The notes beneath the pieces are model-generated. The model made no database searches. It was not told the origin of the DNA and saw nothing but the letters and a program-made list of their open reading frames with translations. A stretch of DNA of 64,000 bases, taken from contig OY970166.1 of NCBI GenBank assembly GCA_963706595.1, positions 5,344,001 through 5,408,000 on the forward strand, written 5' to 3'. The stretch's first letter is position 1, and each line of letters opens with the position of its first letter. The position numbers were made by a program, and so were the translations under genes. Positions 63,360 to 64,000 of this stretch are shown here, piece by piece. This DNA comes from an uncultured cyanobacterium. GTDB lineage: Bacteria > Cyanobacteriota > Cyanobacteriia > Cyanobacteriales > Nostocaceae.

Positions 63360-64000
63360 ATGCAAGAAGGACGCTTTATTTGGAGCCATCTAGAAAAACA
63401 ACATCGCCCAGTGAATAAATGGATTGATTGGCTATGGCTAATGGTATTATTGTTCGCCGCAGTCTTACTATTTAGTATCAATCTGGGGGAATTACCACTG
63501 CGAGATGGCGATGAAAGTACTGTGGCGCAGGTGGCTAGGGAAATTTGGAGCGCTCCAGCAGGTTCCATGCGATGGCTTTACCCAACCCTCGGAGGTGAAC
63601 CATATCATAACAAACCACCTTTGATACATTTGCTGATTGCTGGGGCTTATTCTTTAGGAGGCGTGAATGAATGGACTACCCGATTACCTAGCTCAATCTT
63701 GACAGCATTATCTGTACCATTACTGTATTGTCTGGGTCGAGAGATATTTCGTCAACCTTGGGCTGCTATTTATAGCGCCTTGATTTATCTGACAATGCTG
63801 CCGGTAGTACGTCATGGCAGATTGGCGATTTTAGATGGCGCAGTGGTCAGCTTTTTTATGGTGATGATGCTGTACGTGTTGCGATCGCGCCGGGACTTAC
63901 GTTACTGTCTTGGCATTGGCATCGGACTAGGATTGATTTGTTTAACTCAGGGGCTATTAGGTATATTACTCGGTGCGATCGCCATGATCTTTTTATTTTG
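63360..64000 (+). CDS. ArnT/GT39-type membrane glycosyltransferase (partial, runs off the window)
   Basis: Translated by hand: LRDGDESTVAQVAREI, YHNKPPL, GVNEWTTRLP; not in the ORF track. Confidence 0.88.
   Translation, partial: MQEGRFIWSHLEKQHRPVNKWIDWLWLMVLLFAAVLLFSINLGELPLRDGDESTVAQVAREIWSAPAGSMRWLYPTLGGEPYHNKPPLIHLLIAGAYSLGGVNEWTTRLPSSILTALSVPLLYCLGREIFRQPWAAIYSALIYLTMLPVVRHGRLAILDGAVVSFFMVMMLYVLRSRRDLRYCLGIGIGLGLICLTQGLLGILLGAIAMIFLF

Noticed and set aside
3000..63568. Many 60-165 aa ORFs antisense to or overlapping long genes
   Set aside because: Shadow ORFs of well-supported genes, for example 63299-63568 opposite the ArnT gene
1..64000. CRISPR array, tRNA or rRNA
   Set aside because: No regularly spaced repeat-spacer units or recognisable structural RNA genes; the repeats are dispersed palindromes or tandem heptamers

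Overview
64-kb chromosomal window from a heterocyst-forming (Nostocales-type) cyanobacterium, judged from abundant HIP1 octamers (GCGATCGC), STRR heptamer repeats, pipX-pipY-sepF-proC and xisH/xisI. Most of it is core genome: der, ecfT, pipXY, sepF, proC, a HelY-like helicase, proS, accB, efp, a CYP38-like PPIase, thiL, gap2, nadD, murC, murB, ybaB, smpB, ictB, a cyanoexosortase B/Wza/Wzc locus, tandem rhomboids and a partial ArnT. The strongest candidate for an undescribed system is a three-gene operon at 2302-9716: a dynamin-like (SrfC-like) GTPase, a giant divergent Hsp70/SrfB-like ATPase and a protein with a GrpE-like C-terminus. Other notable observations are an internally deleted IS605 element that keeps both ends and the probable omegaRNA region and sits in the smpB stop codon; 24-nt in-frame insertions at HIP1 sites in three nearby genes; nested MITEs carrying interchangeable REP/STRR cargo, one with its empty site visible in the window; an ArsR gene relic; and about seven single-base frameshifts, mostly in conserved genes, that are probably assembly errors. 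No rRNA, tRNA or CRISPR array was seen. All family calls rest on motif recognition by eye; no searches were run.
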